Shown: positions 46,261-57,702, counted from the first letter of the stretch. The stretch is DNA of 64,000 nucleotides from a cyanobacterium endosymbiont of Rhopalodia gibba (GCA_045159875.1 CP067995.1:2528001-2592000), one strand, 5' to 3'. The notes: generated by a model not told the origin, from the sequence alone. Numbers and translations are program-made.

Positions 46261-46306
46261 TACAGATTGTAATAGATGAGCTACAGCTCATCTATTACAA
46301 TCTGTA
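46261..46306. repeat. Perfect inverted repeat, 22-bp arms, 2-nt loop, 32 nt upstream of zds
   Basis: tacagattgtaatagatgagct ac agctcatctattacaatctgta. Confidence 0.97.
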
Positions 46307-46338
46307 AAGGATAAATAAAATAAATTAAGGAAGATAGA

Positions 46339-47811
46339 ATGCGGGTTGTAATCGTTGGTGCAGGGTTAGCCGGACTAACCACCGCTATTGATTTGGTTGA
46401 TGCCGGTTACGAGGTTGAAATTTTCGAATCTCGTCCTTTTATCGGGGGAAAAGCAGGTAGTTGGACGGATAATGAAGGAAATCACATTGAAATGGGGTTA
46501 CATGTCTTTTTTGGCTGCTATTACAATCTATTTACCCTAATGAAAAAAGTGGGGGCAAGCCAAAATTTACGCCTAAAACAACACATCCATACCTTTATTA
46601 ATGAAGGTGGACGGGTTGGAGAATTAGATTTTCGTTTCCTTGCTGGCGCTCCGTTCAATGGGTTAAAAGCTTTTTTTACTACTTCCCAACTCTCTACGTT
46701 TGATAAAGTTTCTAACTCTTTAGCTTTAGGAATTAGCCCTATTGTATGGGGATTAATAGATTTCAATGGGGCAATAAAAACTATCAGGGAATTAGATGCT
46801 ATTAGTTTTGCGGACTGGTTTCGTCAACATGGGGGAAATAATGGCAGTCTCAAGCGAATGTGGAACCCCATCGCCTACGCTTTAGGATTTATCGATACAG
46901 AAAATATTTCAGCCCGTTGTATGTTGACAATTTTCTTATTTTTTGCCACAAAAACTGAAGCATCTGTGTTACGAATGTTAGAAGGTTCTCCTTATGAATA
47001 TCTTCATAAACCAATTATTAGTTACCTTGAAACAAGAAAAGCAAAAATTTATACACGACGACGTGTTAGAAACATTTTATTTCAAGAAAATGATAATAAA
47101 ACTCAGGTAACCGGACTAATTGTTGCCAATGGACAAACCGAAGAAAGCATTACAGCAGATACTTATGTCTGTGCCTGTGATATTCCTGGAATTAAACGAT
47201 TAATTCCTCAAAAATGGCGTAAATGGTCACTATTTGACAATATTTATAAGTTGGAAACAGTTCCTGTTGTGACGGTACAATTACGCTTTGATGGTTGGGT
47301 AACCGAATTAAACGATTCCAAAAAACGCAAACAACTACAAATAGCAATTGGACTCGATAACTTATTGTATACACCTGATGCAGATTTCTCCTGTTTTGCC
47401 GATCTGGCTTTAACAAGTCCTGGAGATTATTATAAAGAGGGACAAGGATCTTTATTGCAATTAGTGTTAACTCCTGGTAATTTATTTATTAAAGAGGAGA
47501 ATGAAACTATTGCTTATCATATTTTAAATCAAGTCTATAATCTGTTTCCCTCCTCAAAAAACCTAAAAATGATTTGGTATAGTGTTGTTAAACTAGCACA
47601 ATCTTTGTATCGGGAAGCACCCGGAATAGATCCTTATCGTCCTACGCAAAATACTCCTGTTTCTAACTTTGTCCTAGCAGGGAGTTATACTCAACAGGAT
47701 TACATTGATAGCATGGAAGGGGCAACAATTTCAGGAAAACAAGCGGCGAAAGTTATTTTAGAAAAAGTAGAAAACGTTAAAAACTATCACCAACCTGTCA
47801 CAATTCGTTAG
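46339..47811 (+). CDS. zds: Zeta-carotene desaturase
   Basis: GAGLAGL FAD motif, [19 protein letters not shown] and [20 protein letters not shown]. Confidence 0.95.
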   Translation: MRVVIVGAGLAGLTTAIDLVDAGYEVEIFESRPFIGGKAGSWTDNEGNHIEMGLHVFFGCYYNLFTLMKKVGASQNLRLKQHIHTFINEGGRVGELDFRFLAGAPFNGLKAFFTTSQLSTFDKVSNSLALGISPIVWGLIDFNGAIKTIRELDAISFADWFRQHGGNNGSLKRMWNPIAYALGFIDTENISARCMLTIFLFFATKTEASVLRMLEGSPYEYLHKPIISYLETRKAKIYTRRRVRNILFQENDNKTQVTGLIVANGQTEESITADTYVCACDIPGIKRLIPQKWRKWSLFDNIYKLETVPVVTVQLRFDGWVTELNDSKKRKQLQIAIGLDNLLYTPDADFSCFADLALTSPGDYYKEGQGSLLQLVLTPGNLFIKEENETIAYHILNQVYNLFPSSKNLKMIWYSVVKLAQSLYREAPGIDPYRPTQNTPVSNFVLAGSYTQQDYIDSMEGATISGKQAAKVILEKVENVKNYHQPVTIR

Positions 47812-47875
47812 TATATTGAGCACAGTGAGCATTGCCAACCTTCTTTATTAATCAGTCGTTAATCTTAACTAAATA

Positions 47876-48325
47876 ATGTCTAATTGGTTAGAACATAGCG
47901 TACAAGTCGAAGTGGATGCTCCGATCGACTTAGTTTGGAGTCTTTGGTCGGATCTTGAACAAATGCCTCGTTGGATGAAGTGGATAGACTCAGTTCAAAT
48001 ATTAGAAAATGATCCTGAATTGTCTCGATGGAAATTAGCGAGTAGTGGCTTTGAATTTACTTGGTTATCTCGGATTCTGAAATTGGTTTCTCAGCAAATT
48101 ATACAATGGGAATCTATCGAGGGATTACCTAATCGTGGGGCAGTTAGATTTTATAATCGTCATGGAAAAAGTATTGTCCGTTTAACAATAGCTTATAACA
48201 TTCCTAGTTTGTTAGGACAACTGATGGACAGTCTATTTTTAGGGAGAATTGTTGAATCAACTGTTCGAGCTGATTTAGAAAGATTCAAAGAATACACGAT
48301 AAAACTTCAGAAAAGTTTAGGATAA
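47876..48325 (+). CDS. SRPBCC/START-like (polyketide cyclase-family) protein
   Basis: WLEHSVQVEV.AP...VWSLWSDLEQMPRWMKWI; follows zds. Confidence 0.88.
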   Translation: MSNWLEHSVQVEVDAPIDLVWSLWSDLEQMPRWMKWIDSVQILENDPELSRWKLASSGFEFTWLSRILKLVSQQIIQWESIEGLPNRGAVRFYNRHGKSIVRLTIAYNIPSLLGQLMDSLFLGRIVESTVRADLERFKEYTIKLQKSLG

Positions 48326-48385
48326 CTACACTCTAACTTATGTTAGAAGTTTAGTAAGTATAAGTTTTTTAATTATGGAGATTTA

Positions 48386-49417
48386 ATGAATAAAGATTTT
48401 AGTAAAAGTTGGTCTATTCCTCGTATTTTAGATGCTAACCTTGATCGCGCTAGAGAAGGATTAAGAATTATTGAGGAATGGTGTCGCTTTGGACTAGAAA
48501 ATAATCAGTTAGCCGAAGAATGTAAGCAAATGCGCCAAGAAGTTGCCCGTTGGCATTCTCATGAAATACGTCTTGCAAGGGATACTCTGAATGATACTGG
48601 GACAATCTTATCTCATCCTCAAGAAGAAACCCGTAGAAGTATTGAGCATCTTCTACAATCTAATTTATGCCGTGTTCAAGAAGCATTAAGAGTCCTAGAA
48701 GAATATGGTAAGCTCTATCAAGTTGAGATGGGAATTGCTTTTAAAAATATCCGTTATCAAGTTTATATTTTAGAAAGCAATTTATTAACCCATAATCGTT
48801 ATCAAAAACTTAAGAAATCTCTACTTTATCTAGTTACTTCTGGCTCAGAAAATCTTTTTTCAGTTGTTGAATCGGCTTTGAAAGAGGGGGTGACTTTAGT
48901 TCAATATAGAGATAAAAATACCGACGATATTTTTAGACTAAAAACTGCTAGAGATATTTGTCAGTTATGCCATGATTATAATGGCTTGTTTATTATGAAT
49001 GATAGGGTTGATTTAGCATTAGCCGTTAATGCAGATGGAGTACATTTAGGACAAGAAGATATCCCTATATCCTTAGCAAGACAGATTTTAGGACCAAACA
49101 GTATTGTCGGGCGTTCGACCACTAATCCTCAAGAAATGGCTCAAGCGATCACTCAAGGAGCAGATTATATTGGGGTGGGTCCAGTCTATGCAACTCCTAC
49201 CAAACCAGGAAAAATTCCGGCAGGTTTAAACTATGTTAATTATGCTCGAAAACATTCCCCCATTCCTTGGTTTGCTATTGGAGGAATTGATCAAGAAAAC
49301 ATTAATGAAGTAATTACAGCAGGAGCTAAACAAGTAGCCATTGTTCGTGCTATTATGAATGCAAGTGACCCAGCCACTATTACTCAAGAGTTACTTAGAA
49401 AACTAACCATCGGCTGA
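48386..49417 (+). CDS. thiE: Thiamine-phosphate synthase
   Basis: Cyanobacterial N-terminal domain RILDANLDRAREGLR plus NDRVDLALAV.ADGVHLGQED and GPVYATPTK. Confidence 0.95.
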   Translation: MNKDFSKSWSIPRILDANLDRAREGLRIIEEWCRFGLENNQLAEECKQMRQEVARWHSHEIRLARDTLNDTGTILSHPQEETRRSIEHLLQSNLCRVQEALRVLEEYGKLYQVEMGIAFKNIRYQVYILESNLLTHNRYQKLKKSLLYLVTSGSENLFSVVESALKEGVTLVQYRDKNTDDIFRLKTARDICQLCHDYNGLFIMNDRVDLALAVNADGVHLGQEDIPISLARQILGPNSIVGRSTTNPQEMAQAITQGADYIGVGPVYATPTKPGKIPAGLNYVNYARKHSPIPWFAIGGIDQENINEVITAGAKQVAIVRAIMNASDPATITQELLRKLTIG

Positions 49418-49499
49418 TTGGAAATGTTCAAACGATTTTATAATAAACTTTATTTTGAACTAAGTTTAAGTTATTTACAACAGTAACTAGGACTATTGT

Positions 49500-49727
49500 A
49501 TGAGCGCTTTATCCCAAGTCACCCTACAAGTTAACGGAACATCAACAACTTGTCCTTCTAATATGACTTTACCAAAACTTTTAGAAAGAATGAAATTAAA
49601 TCCACGTTTAGTAGCAGTAGAGTATAACGGAGAAATTCTTCATCGACAATATTGGGATAACACCCAGTTAAAAACAGATGATCGCTTAGAAATTGTTACC
49701 ATTGTGGGAGGAGGAAGTGACAGTTAA
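49500..49727 (+). CDS. thiS: Sulfur carrier protein ThiS
   Basis: VAVEYNGEIL...D.LEIVTIVGGG, with a short SDS tail after GG; adjacent to thiE. Confidence 0.9.
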   Translation: MSALSQVTLQVNGTSTTCPSNMTLPKLLERMKLNPRLVAVEYNGEILHRQYWDNTQLKTDDRLEIVTIVGGGSDS

Positions 49728-49735
49728 TCAATATT

Positions 49736-50398
49736 ATGGCTAATAGAACTCTGGGAATTGAACCAAAATTGTATGAGTATTTAAAATTGGTTTCTGTCAG
49801 AGAACCCAGCATTCTAAAAGAGCTGCGTCAAGAAACTGCTAGCTGTCCTATGGCTAGGATGCAAATTGCTCCTGAACAAGGTCAACTTATGGCGTTGCTG
49901 GTTCAGTTAATGGGAGCAAAAAAAACCCTGGAGTTGGGAGTATTTAGGGGATATAGTTCATTAGCGGTTGCTTTAGCTCTTCCTGATGAAGGTACAGTAA
50001 TAGGATGTGATATAAGTGAAGAATATACAACTATCGCACGCCATTATTGGGACAAAGCTGGAGTTTCTCACAAGATAGATTTACGGATAGCTCCAGCTCT
50101 AGAAACCTTAGATAAACTGATAGCTGAAAGACAAAGTAATACTTTTGACTTTGCTTTTATTGATGCTGACAAGAGTAATTATGATAATTATTATGAACAG
50201 GTTTTAAAGCTAGTACGACCTGGAGGGTTAATTGCTATTGATAATGTTTTATGGGGAGGAAAAATTGCCGATGAAAATATTCAAGATAGCCGTACAAAAA
50301 AAATGCGAGCTTTAAATGAAAAAATTTATAACGATTCAAGAGTTAATATGAGTTTAATTCCCATTGCTGATGGATTAACCTTATTGTTAAAACTATAA
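49736..50398 (+). CDS. Class I SAM-dependent O-methyltransferase (caffeoyl-CoA OMT-like)
   Basis: LELGVFRGYS, FDFAFIDADK and IDNVLWGG. Confidence 0.92.
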   Translation: MANRTLGIEPKLYEYLKLVSVREPSILKELRQETASCPMARMQIAPEQGQLMALLVQLMGAKKTLELGVFRGYSSLAVALALPDEGTVIGCDISEEYTTIARHYWDKAGVSHKIDLRIAPALETLDKLIAERQSNTFDFAFIDADKSNYDNYYEQVLKLVRPGGLIAIDNVLWGGKIADENIQDSRTKKMRALNEKIYNDSRVNMSLIPIADGLTLLLKL

Positions 50399-50859
50399 TG
50401 TTAAACGAACGATAATCTCCGATGACAAGAACGCAATAATTGCGAGCGTTTAAGAGGATTAGTTTCTATATAAGGGGCGGATAGATTCAGAAACGAACGG
50501 TTGAGATTTACGAGCAGTATAGCGTGCAGGTTTTGAGGTAGGTGGGGGCAGGTAAACATAAATCTCAGTTATACCCAGCAACCTTTATGATGACTCAGAT
50601 TGCTAATGTAACAAAAAATTATAGAATAGTGTTTATTGATTGTCAGAAAGCCCTAAAATAACTCACCTTAACCATTAGTTAAGAATTTAATGAGTCATTG
50701 TTTGGGAAAATATGGGTGGTCTCTGAGAGTCCAAGGATTTTTCCACCGATGGCTTAGTTCAACTTTTCTAAGCTATTCAGTTGATATATCTTGATGTTGC
50801 ATTCAAAACAAGATAACTAAAATAGAAATTATAGACATAAGTTTAAGACGGTATACCCT

Positions 50860-52734
50860 GTGGTTTCTTCAATTGAAAAAATAACTTCTGAGAAAATAAC
50901 TTCAACTTTACCTGGGACTCCTCAACGACGAACAGGAGCTTTTGTCTTGATAGATAGCTTAGTTCGTCAAGGTGTTAAACATATTTTTGGTTATCCGGGG
51001 GGAGCTATCCTGCCCATTTATGATGAACTGTATAGGGCTGAAACCAGAGGAGATTTACAACATTTCCTGGTGAGACACGAACAAGGAGCCGCTCATGCAG
51101 CCGATGGTTATGCTCGTGCAACTGGTAAAGTGGGGGTTTGTTTCGGAACGTCAGGTCCAGGAGCGACAAACCTAGTGACGGGTATTGCCACGGCACACAT
51201 GGATTCAATCCCCATGATTATTGTCACTGGGCAAGTAGGACGGGCAGCTATTGGCCGCGATGCCTTCCAAGAAATCGATATTTTTGGCATTACTCTACCT
51301 CTGGTGAAACATTCTTATGTGGTTCGTCATGCTCAAGATATGGCTAGGATAGTTGCCGAAGCGTTCTACATTGCCAGTACAGGACGGCCAGGACCTGTAC
51401 TAATCGATATTCCTAAGGACGTAGGTCTTGAAGAATGTGATTATATTCCTGTTGACCTCGGACAGGTTAAGCTCCCAGGGTATCGCCCTACAGTCAAGGG
51501 AAATCCTCGTCAGATTAACGCAGCTTTACGCCTAATTGAAGGAGCTCAACGACCCTTACTTTACGTAGGTGGAGGAGCAATCTCTGCCAATGCTCATGCC
51601 CAAGTTAAAGAACTAGCCGAGCGGTTCCAAATTCCCGTTACCACTACCTTAATGGGAATCGGAGCATTTGATGAACATCACCCTCTCTCCGTTGCCATGT
51701 TGGGAATGCATGGAACTGCCTATGCTAACTTTGCCGTGAGTGAATGTGATCTTTTAGTTGCGGTGGGAGCGAGATTTGATGATAGGGTAACGGGAAAACT
51801 CGACGAATTTGCCTCCCATGCTAAGGTTGTCCACATCGACATCGACCCAGCAGAGGTCGGTAAAAATCGTGCCCCGACCGTTCCCATTGTGGGGGATGTA
51901 TGCTGTGTTCTAGAACAATTACTAAAAAGGGCTAAGGAATTGGGACTACCCGCTAATGTAGGAAAAACTCAGTTCTGGTTAGCTAGAATTGACCGTTGGC
52001 GAGTAGAATATCCCTTGGTTGTCCCTCACTATGATCATAGTATTTCACCCCAAGAAGTCATCGCCGAGGTAGCTCATCTGGCTCCCAATGCCTATTATAC
52101 CACCGATGTGGGGCAACACCAGATGTGGGCAGCTCAGTTCTTGAAAAATGGTCCTCGTCGCTGGATTTCTAGTGGAGGATTAGGAACCATGGGCTATGGA
52201 ATGCCCGCCGCTATGGGGGCGAAAGTAGCAGTTCCTCATGAAGAAGTAATTTGTATTACTGGGGATGCCAGTTTTCAAATGAATCTTCAAGAATTAGCTT
52301 CTCTGTCACAATACAGAATTAATGTTAAGACAATTATTATTAATAATGGTTGGCAGGGCATGGTGCGTCAATGGCAAGAAACCTTCTTTGGAGAGCGGTA
52401 TTCCTCCTCGAATATGCAAGTTGGAATGCCTAATTTTGAACTCTTAGCCCAAGCATTTGGAGTTAAAGGGATGACTGTGCGAGAACATTCTCAACTATCG
52501 GAGGCGATCATCCAAATGTTAGCCTATGACGGGCCAGTGTTGATAGATGTTCATGTGACTAAGAATGAGAACTGTTACCCTATGGTAGTTCCAGGAAAGA
52601 GTAACGCCCAAATGCTTGGATTACCAGAGCGCAAAGCTGTTGTACAGTCAATCACACCGATATACTGTACCAATTGTGGCGCGAAAAACCTGACGACCAA
52701 TCATTTTTGTCCTGAGTGTGGAACAAAATTGTAA
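50860..52734 (+). CDS. ilvB: Acetolactate synthase large subunit with C-terminal zinc ribbon
   Basis: [32 protein letters not shown] ThDP motif and terminal CxxC...CxxC. Confidence 0.97.
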   Translation: MVSSIEKITSEKITSTLPGTPQRRTGAFVLIDSLVRQGVKHIFGYPGGAILPIYDELYRAETRGDLQHFLVRHEQGAAHAADGYARATGKVGVCFGTSGPGATNLVTGIATAHMDSIPMIIVTGQVGRAAIGRDAFQEIDIFGITLPLVKHSYVVRHAQDMARIVAEAFYIASTGRPGPVLIDIPKDVGLEECDYIPVDLGQVKLPGYRPTVKGNPRQINAALRLIEGAQRPLLYVGGGAISANAHAQVKELAERFQIPVTTTLMGIGAFDEHHPLSVAMLGMHGTAYANFAVSECDLLVAVGARFDDRVTGKLDEFASHAKVVHIDIDPAEVGKNRAPTVPIVGDVCCVLEQLLKRAKELGLPANVGKTQFWLARIDRWRVEYPLVVPHYDHSISPQEVIAEVAHLAPNAYYTTDVGQHQMWAAQFLKNGPRRWISSGGLGTMGYGMPAAMGAKVAVPHEEVICITGDASFQMNLQELASLSQYRINVKTIIINNGWQGMVRQWQETFFGERYSSSNMQVGMPNFELLAQAFGVKGMTVREHSQLSEAIIQMLAYDGPVLIDVHVTKNENCYPMVVPGKSNAQMLGLPERKAVVQSITPIYCTNCGAKNLTTNHFCPECGTKL

Positions 52735-52774
52735 ACTCGGTGAGGATTTAAATTTTCTCTTGAACTTTTAGTTG

Positions 52775-52803
52775 CCCTTTCCTCTTTCTTGGAAAGGGTT
52801 TTT
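52775..52803 (+). terminator. Rho-independent terminator after ilvB
   Basis: ccctttcc / ggaaaggg followed by a T run. Confidence 0.65.
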
Positions 52804-52932
52804 GATTAATTGCTGACAAAAAATTTATCAATCTTCATAAGAACAAGGCTATTTTTCTGTAAAATTTTCCCCTTCTCTTAAAAAAGATGTGAGTTGATTC
52901 AATGAGCTTAACTGACTTTGATTGTTTCAACT

Positions 52933-53961
52933 TTAAGCTTCCCGTCGAAAAACCTTCCCCTTACCAGTAGGATTATCGACATAGTGCCATTTTTGCTCAT
53001 CTAACTCAATCACAGGGGGATCGGAATTTTGCTTGGCTTGGAAAATCCTTTTATAGAGAGTAGAATCACTAATGCCTAGCTTCTCAGCCATTTGAGCTCT
53101 AGTGAGTACCCTAGACTTAGATGACTCTTGATTAGTTGTTATCATCGAAGGGGTAGTTTGTATTTCTGATTTGGTGGCTACCTTCTCGAGCATTAGACTA
53201 GGTTTATCAAGTTTTTGGGGTTTAACAAAAAATTTTTTGTTTTCTTGAATAGGGGGCTGTTCTACTAATGGTTTAATGGGCTTGCGGTAACGAGGAATCC
53301 TCTCGGTTGGCAGTTCAAGATCTTCAACCCATCCCCAACAATTACGGGAAGGGATGAACTTAAAAATAGCTTGAATAAACCAGCGTTTGGGTAATTGTTC
53401 CTTGGGAATTTTAGGATTAAATTTGAAGGGACGCGGATCGTCATTACGGCGCATCAATACGGGAAGATGAGAAGCTTTAAATTTCCCTTGAGGGTCCGTG
53501 GCATTAGAATTTCTATAGATCGAGATCACTGGTGTTCTTAATTGAGGAACAAATTGCCAAATCCCTCGAAACTTAAAAATTCCTGGGGCTTCCTCCCATT
53601 GATTTTCTTCTCCCCAGGCAGCAACTTGAAAGCGAATAATGGGGTCCTTTCTGGGAATGAGCAGACACTTAGGATAAACCCGTAAATAGATAGGGTTTTC
53701 GGGAGAATTGCTATGTTGTTTCAGCCAAGCTTTGTAGCGATAGCCAGGAAAGAATAAACTGTAATTTTTCCCTGCGATGGTGAGGGCAAATTTTCCTTCT
53801 TCCTCTTGATGAGGAGTCCCATAAAGAGTGCCAATTGCCTGAAAAAGGAGAGGTTGATCCTCAGTGTCAGGAACAGATTGAGAGTCAGAATCAAGGATTA
53901 AAGGGGGTAGCTGCTCGACTTTTTGGTGAGTTTGATGAGAGAGTTCGTTGGCGGCAGGCAT
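52933..53961 (-). CDS. Hypothetical protein with a C-terminal HTH-like motif
   Basis: Intact 342-aa ORF; its C-terminus LTRAQMAEKLGISDSTLYKRI looks like an HTH. Confidence 0.7.
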   Translation of the reverse strand: MPAANELSHQTHQKVEQLPPLILDSDSQSVPDTEDQPLLFQAIGTLYGTPHQEEEGKFALTIAGKNYSLFFPGYRYKAWLKQHSNSPENPIYLRVYPKCLLIPRKDPIIRFQVAAWGEENQWEEAPGIFKFRGIWQFVPQLRTPVISIYRNSNATDPQGKFKASHLPVLMRRNDDPRPFKFNPKIPKEQLPKRWFIQAIFKFIPSRNCWGWVEDLELPTERIPRYRKPIKPLVEQPPIQENKKFFVKPQKLDKPSLMLEKVATKSEIQTTPSMITTNQESSKSRVLTRAQMAEKLGISDSTLYKRIFQAKQNSDPPVIELDEQKWHYVDNPTGKGKVFRREA

Positions 53962-54079
53962 AAATAATAAATTTCATAATCGGCTGAATTTGTCCCATTA
54001 TTATAGACCCGATAAACAAAGGATTCTAAGTATCGTTAAGGATGGGTCACATACTTTGGAGATCGGGATCAGATTGAAA

Positions 54080-54123
54080 TTGACACTCCTATAGCTTTAG
54101 TTTTGTTGAAGCCGTAGGATTCT
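54080..54123 (-). mobile_element. IS200/IS605 (tnpB) right-end remnant
   Basis: Minus strand agaatcctacggcttc...agctataggagtgtcaa retains the partial hairpin and terminal TCAA. Confidence 0.65.
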
Positions 54124-54499
54124 CCTAATATAGCGGATCCTTATGATATAGCCCAGTCGAACAAGGATAGCTAAACGTATGTATTCTTGTTTGACTAGAT
54201 TCACCGAATCAAGAGCTGTGTAAAACAGTTCATCAATTACACTGTTCAATCAAATATACATAACTATATTTTTTGAGGTCTAGGCAATGTTTGAAGCAAA
54301 ATTTCAAAAACAAAGCTCGAAAAATACTTATTCAGCACTATTTTTGATGACTATTATCGATGGATCATCATCTGGTAGTTTTCTCAACTATTATACTTGT
54401 GACTATACTATATTTGATTCATCTATTGTAGATAGGGCAACATTATGCTGATTGACCTTAAGTCCTTGTTTAGTAAATTTAACCGATTACTTAGTCTAG

Positions 54500-55250
54500 T
54501 GCTTTTTAAGCATTATTATTTTAATTTTATCTTTTTTTATTCAAATAAGTGTCAAAAAATGAATAATTTTATATATTTACAGTTAATTAATTAGAGTCTA
54601 TTTAGGAACAATTTCCTTGTTTTTTGATAAATATTTAAATTAATTAACTTAGCTTAATACTATTTGCATTTAAGCGGTTTTATGGATTTTTTATAAGTCC
54701 TGTTTTAACCTATTTTCTCTATAATCAGATTTACTACTAGGGTGTAAATTTTTTGAATATATATAAAAATCTTCCGTTTTTATTGTGACAATTTGACTTT
54801 AACTTAAGCATCTATATACACGGATTTATTATCAATAATAGCTTATTTGTCTTTACAGTATTTTTATTTACTAGTTTTTGTTTTATTCACCACCAGCTTT
54901 TTTTAGAATCTTATATATTTTTACGGAGATCAATTTTCCTCTTTTCTCTTTTTTGTAATTTTTAATTGTTATTAAGTGTCATAAGTTTTTTATTTATAGG
55001 AGCTATATAAAAAATATTAATTTTTTTTATATTTTGGTAATTTTTACAGCCTTTCTGTTCCTTGCATAACTTATCTAAAAATTATTTTTTTTTGTATTTT
55101 CTGGAAATTTTATTCAATCTGCAATTTCTTTAGTGTTCTATATTCTTAAATATAAACATAGTATTTTCAGTTTTATTCTCCTTCTAAAGAAAGTTTTTGG
55201 GGTGCAAGTAAATTTTTATGATATTGACTCTTATCATTCTATTAGCTGAA
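54500..55250 (-). mobile_element. Decayed IS630-type element remnant
   Basis: Minus strand reads *NTKEIAD*IKFPENT and later SP*KYIRF/ILKK-like remnants, resembling IS630 HTH regions; similar to 29400-29900. Confidence 0.5.
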
Positions 55251-55592
55251 TTTTTATAAACGTTAACATATGGCAATCACTCTTTCTTAACTATATTTCT
55301 ATTTGACACATATTTAAGGCAATTGACCTGGCTAGATAGAAGAGTAAAGTTTTTAACAGTGAAAGGTTAACAATAATTAAAAAATCGCCTAGAAAAGTAA
55401 TTTTTAAGTGCTATAATTTAACCTAGTGATGATAATATTTACGTTTTAATCAAGTATCCTCCAAAACTTACTATATCGTCGATAGTTGACATTGAAAAGG
55501 TACTTCTATTTTTCAATAAAAACTGTCGTATTACGGCGTAGTTTTAGATCTAAAGTTTCGGAGCCATAACAATTCTAAATACAATTTTATAT

Positions 55593-56315
55593 ATGATAAC
55601 TAATCCTCCCTCATTTCCTATTCTCAATGTTTTCGTACATCTTCTTGATGATTATTCTTATTGGCTACTTCAATGCCTCAATCATCATAAAGGAGTTCAT
55701 GTTGTAACTCTGAACGCAGAGATGGCTATGTTAGCCGAAAAAGATTCCTCGGTGACAGAAGTCATTCGTGAAGCTGATTTAGTGATTCCTGATGGAGCTG
55801 GTATCGTCCTGTATCTGCGGCTGCGCCAACAAAAACAGCAACGATGTCCAGGGATTGAACTGGCACAATCGTTGATTCAAGAATTGGGGTCCCAAGAAAA
55901 TTCCCCTTTAATTGTTTTTTATGGGGGAAAACCTGGAGTTAGCCATGTAGCGGCAGACCAATGGCGTAAGAAATTTCCAGGCATTTCTATTCTTTCATCC
56001 CATGGCTATTTATCCTCAGAAGAAGAAGAGCTATGGCGACAAACTCTATTAGACAAACAACCACAATTAATTCTTGTAGGGTTGGGGGTTCCTCGTCAGG
56101 AATTTTGGATTAGGCAACACCGTTATTTATGTCCCCAAGGGATTTGGATTGGAGTTGGCGGAAGCTTTGATATTTGGTCTGGGACTAAAGAGAGGGCTCC
56201 TCGGTGGTTACGAGACAACAATTTAGAGTGGCTCTATCGTTTATGTCAAGAACCCTGGCGTTGGCAGCGAATGTTAGCTCTACCTAGGTTTTTTTTACGA
56301 TCACTTATCCATTAA
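55593..56315 (+). CDS. WecB/TagA/CpsF-family glycosyltransferase
   Basis: VVTLNAEM, ADLVIPDGAG, VGLGVPRQE, IGVGGSFD and LEWLYRL.QEPWR. Confidence 0.93.
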   Translation: MITNPPSFPILNVFVHLLDDYSYWLLQCLNHHKGVHVVTLNAEMAMLAEKDSSVTEVIREADLVIPDGAGIVLYLRLRQQKQQRCPGIELAQSLIQELGSQENSPLIVFYGGKPGVSHVAADQWRKKFPGISILSSHGYLSSEEEELWRQTLLDKQPQLILVGLGVPRQEFWIRQHRYLCPQGIWIGVGGSFDIWSGTKERAPRWLRDNNLEWLYRLCQEPWRWQRMLALPRFFLRSLIH

Positions 56316-56981
56316 GTCAAGATTGCCGAGCGATTACTTGACAGCACTTTAATCCCGAGATAATAGCGAGGAGTATAGTTGGATTGATCGTCTATACAAT
56401 TATTTCTTCAGGTCGAGACTTTAATTTGTCTGCTGTTGCTGAAAAAATTAAGACGGAAACTCAACTTAAAATATTGAACTATTTCAATAAAAATATTCGA
56501 TAATAGTTATTACATAATGATTTTCAAGTAAATATAGACTTTCGATAAACTGGTTCTTGAGAGAAGTTATAGTATCTTTGTCCCAAACTCCAAAAGTGGA
56601 GAATGGATAGTTAAGCGATTTCTCGTGCTCACTAAAACAACTTTACAGGGAAAGTTTTGACAACTTTTGAGTTAACTTCATTAACGGAAGCTAAAGAACT
56701 TACTATCTAGAATAGGCTCACAGCGATCTCCGATTAAAGCCGTTACCCTCAATTGAACTTAGAAGTAATCTTTGTAAAATTGCTGTAGAACTGGTGGCCA
56801 ATAATCGCCGCAAACTGAGTAAAATATCGTAACACATAATTCATGCAAGTTGTTTTCCACCCTCTAAATCTCCAATTTTCTGGATTACAGTTGTCTATTT
56901 TTGATATATGCTTTTAGCCTTTGGGAGGATTTTGTCCCCGGCAACAGTCAGTTTGACTCTCGTACTGCTATAAAAAAAGCA

Positions 56982-57021
56982 CAAATTCGGTCCATAAAAG
57001 CCGTTTTATGGACCGAATTTG
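56982..57021. repeat. Perfect inverted repeat, 18-bp arms, 4-nt loop
   Basis: caaattcggtccataaaa gccg ttttatggaccgaatttg. Confidence 0.95.
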
Positions 57022-57702
57022 CCGACTAATAGTAAGCTGTGTCAACCAACATCGTCGTGCTGCTTACCCAAAATTTCTTATTTTAGCGATCATTAAAAAT
57101 ATTTACAATTATTCAATTCGCATGGGGAAAATTTAGATTATGGATTATGCGTCTTAGGATATATTGAGCAATAAGAGACTCACTTTCTAAGTTTATTAGA
57201 GATTGATACTTTATCATAGTTGATTTCTTTAAAAAAGATAAAAATTCCTAGTTAACTTGATATTTTAAATTTTTTATCCGAAAAACACTTTTCAATTTTC
57301 TCATTTTTTTATCTTTTAATCACTGGTACTGAGCAATGAAAATAGTGAACTACATAATTACTAAAACTTCCTACAAATATTTTACTAATACCTTTAATTC
57401 CTAGTTTTTTAATTAGAATCGAATCTACATCTCCACTATTGGCTAACACTCTAACCCAACAGCCATATTTTCCGATTCTCTAGTACCGTTTGCTAGAGTA
57501 GAAAACTCAGCTAATTCTTGATTAGAAAGACTGACGTAGAGACTTAAGGTTTAACTTGTCAGCAGTAAGCGATAAAACAACATTAATACGGACACATCTT
57601 AGCAATATATAAAGGTTTTTTAAAAACTAGTCTCCCTAAAATATCTTTATCCATTGCAACTAATTTTTTTTTATAGGACATAACAATTCTCCTTTTGATA
57701 AC

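Noticed and set aside
56340..57600. Coding-like fragments between the WecB gene and aspC
   Set aside because: Probably pseudogene debris, but I could not assign a family.
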